DNA from: an uncultured Arenicella sp.
GTDB taxonomy: Bacteria; Pseudomonadota; Gammaproteobacteria; Arenicellales; Arenicellaceae
Direction: 5' to 3'
DNA length: 64,000 bases
Assembly (NCBI GenBank): GCA_937922925.1
Contig: CALAKU010000007.1
Span: 10,120-74,119, forward strand
Shown here one piece after another: positions 63,624-64,000 of the stretch; within the stretch, counting starts at the first letter, position 1; each line of letters starts with the position of its first letter. Under the pieces are notes generated by a model, which saw only the letters and a program-made list of their open reading frames with translations, was not told the origin of the DNA and made no database searches. A program made the position numbers and the translations under genes.

Positions 63624-63749
63624 CTAGCGACGTATAAAAAACGACATCACAAACAATAGCACTGGAATCAACGCGATCATCAAAGCCAAACGCGCGTTGC
63701 TTTTCTTTTTATACTCTTGCGGCTGCTGTTCTGTTTGATTTTGGCTCAT
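63624..63749 (-). CDS. Small single-TM protein (41 aa), cytochrome oxidase small assembly protein-like
   Basis: Hand translation MSQNQTEQQPQEYKKKSNARLALMIALIPVLLFVMSFFIRR*; lies between ctaD and ctaG, below the ORF-track cutoff. Confidence 0.75.
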   Translation of the reverse strand: MSQNQTEQQPQEYKKKSNARLALMIALIPVLLFVMSFFIRR

Positions 63750-63876
63750 CGCGCTCACGATGTTGTTTGTCTATAAAACGATGATACTTTACTAAATCAG
63801 CGTTTCGACAAACGCCTTACAGTAGAGCAAGACGTTTGTGAGACCTAAATTCAATTTCTACTTTTTGGCTAAGCCA

Positions 63877-64000
63877 TTATTTAACGACTGGTGGATCATC
63901 AAACGTATGGAATGGTGCTGGGCTTGGCACTGTCCACTCAAGGCCTTCAGGATTTTCCCAGACTTCCGCGGTTGCTTTCTTGCCGCCGCGAACCGTCGCG
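63877..64000 (-). CDS. ctaD: Cytochrome c oxidase subunit I, C-terminal end (partial)
   Basis: Hand translation ...WENPEGLEWTVPSPAPFHTFDDPPVVK*. Confidence 0.92.
   Translation of the reverse strand, partial: ATVRGGKKATAEVWENPEGLEWTVPSPAPFHTFDDPPVVK

Overview
Gene-dense, roughly 48-50% GC (by eye) chromosomal segment of a gammaproteobacterium, probably marine and aerobic (inferred from gene content). Housekeeping genes are ffh (partial), ypjD, ispG, pfp, fadH, tal, parC, purB and the distal part of an aa3-type cytochrome c oxidase cluster. I saw no rRNA, tRNA, CRISPR array, transposase or integrase. Accessory highlights: (1) a lasso-peptide precursor with a Gly1/Glu8 core and two Cys next to an Asn-synthetase-like lasso cyclase, with no recognisable B1/B2 maturation genes anywhere in the window; (2) a TonB-dependent receptor, TPR-sulfotransferase, Asp/Asn-hydroxylase-sulfotransferase fusion and family-2 sulfotransferase cluster, facing a butyrobetaine-dioxygenase/BCCT operon that carries a paralogous hydroxylase; (3) an orphan UmuD-like gene with an N-terminal extension whose start codon lies inside a 38-bp near-perfect palindrome; (4) an atypical, relocated ispG, a stand-alone glycine-rich protein divergent from a two-component system, Fur and Zur boxes, and a candidate sRNA. 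All calls come from motif reading and recalled family features; no database searches were run.
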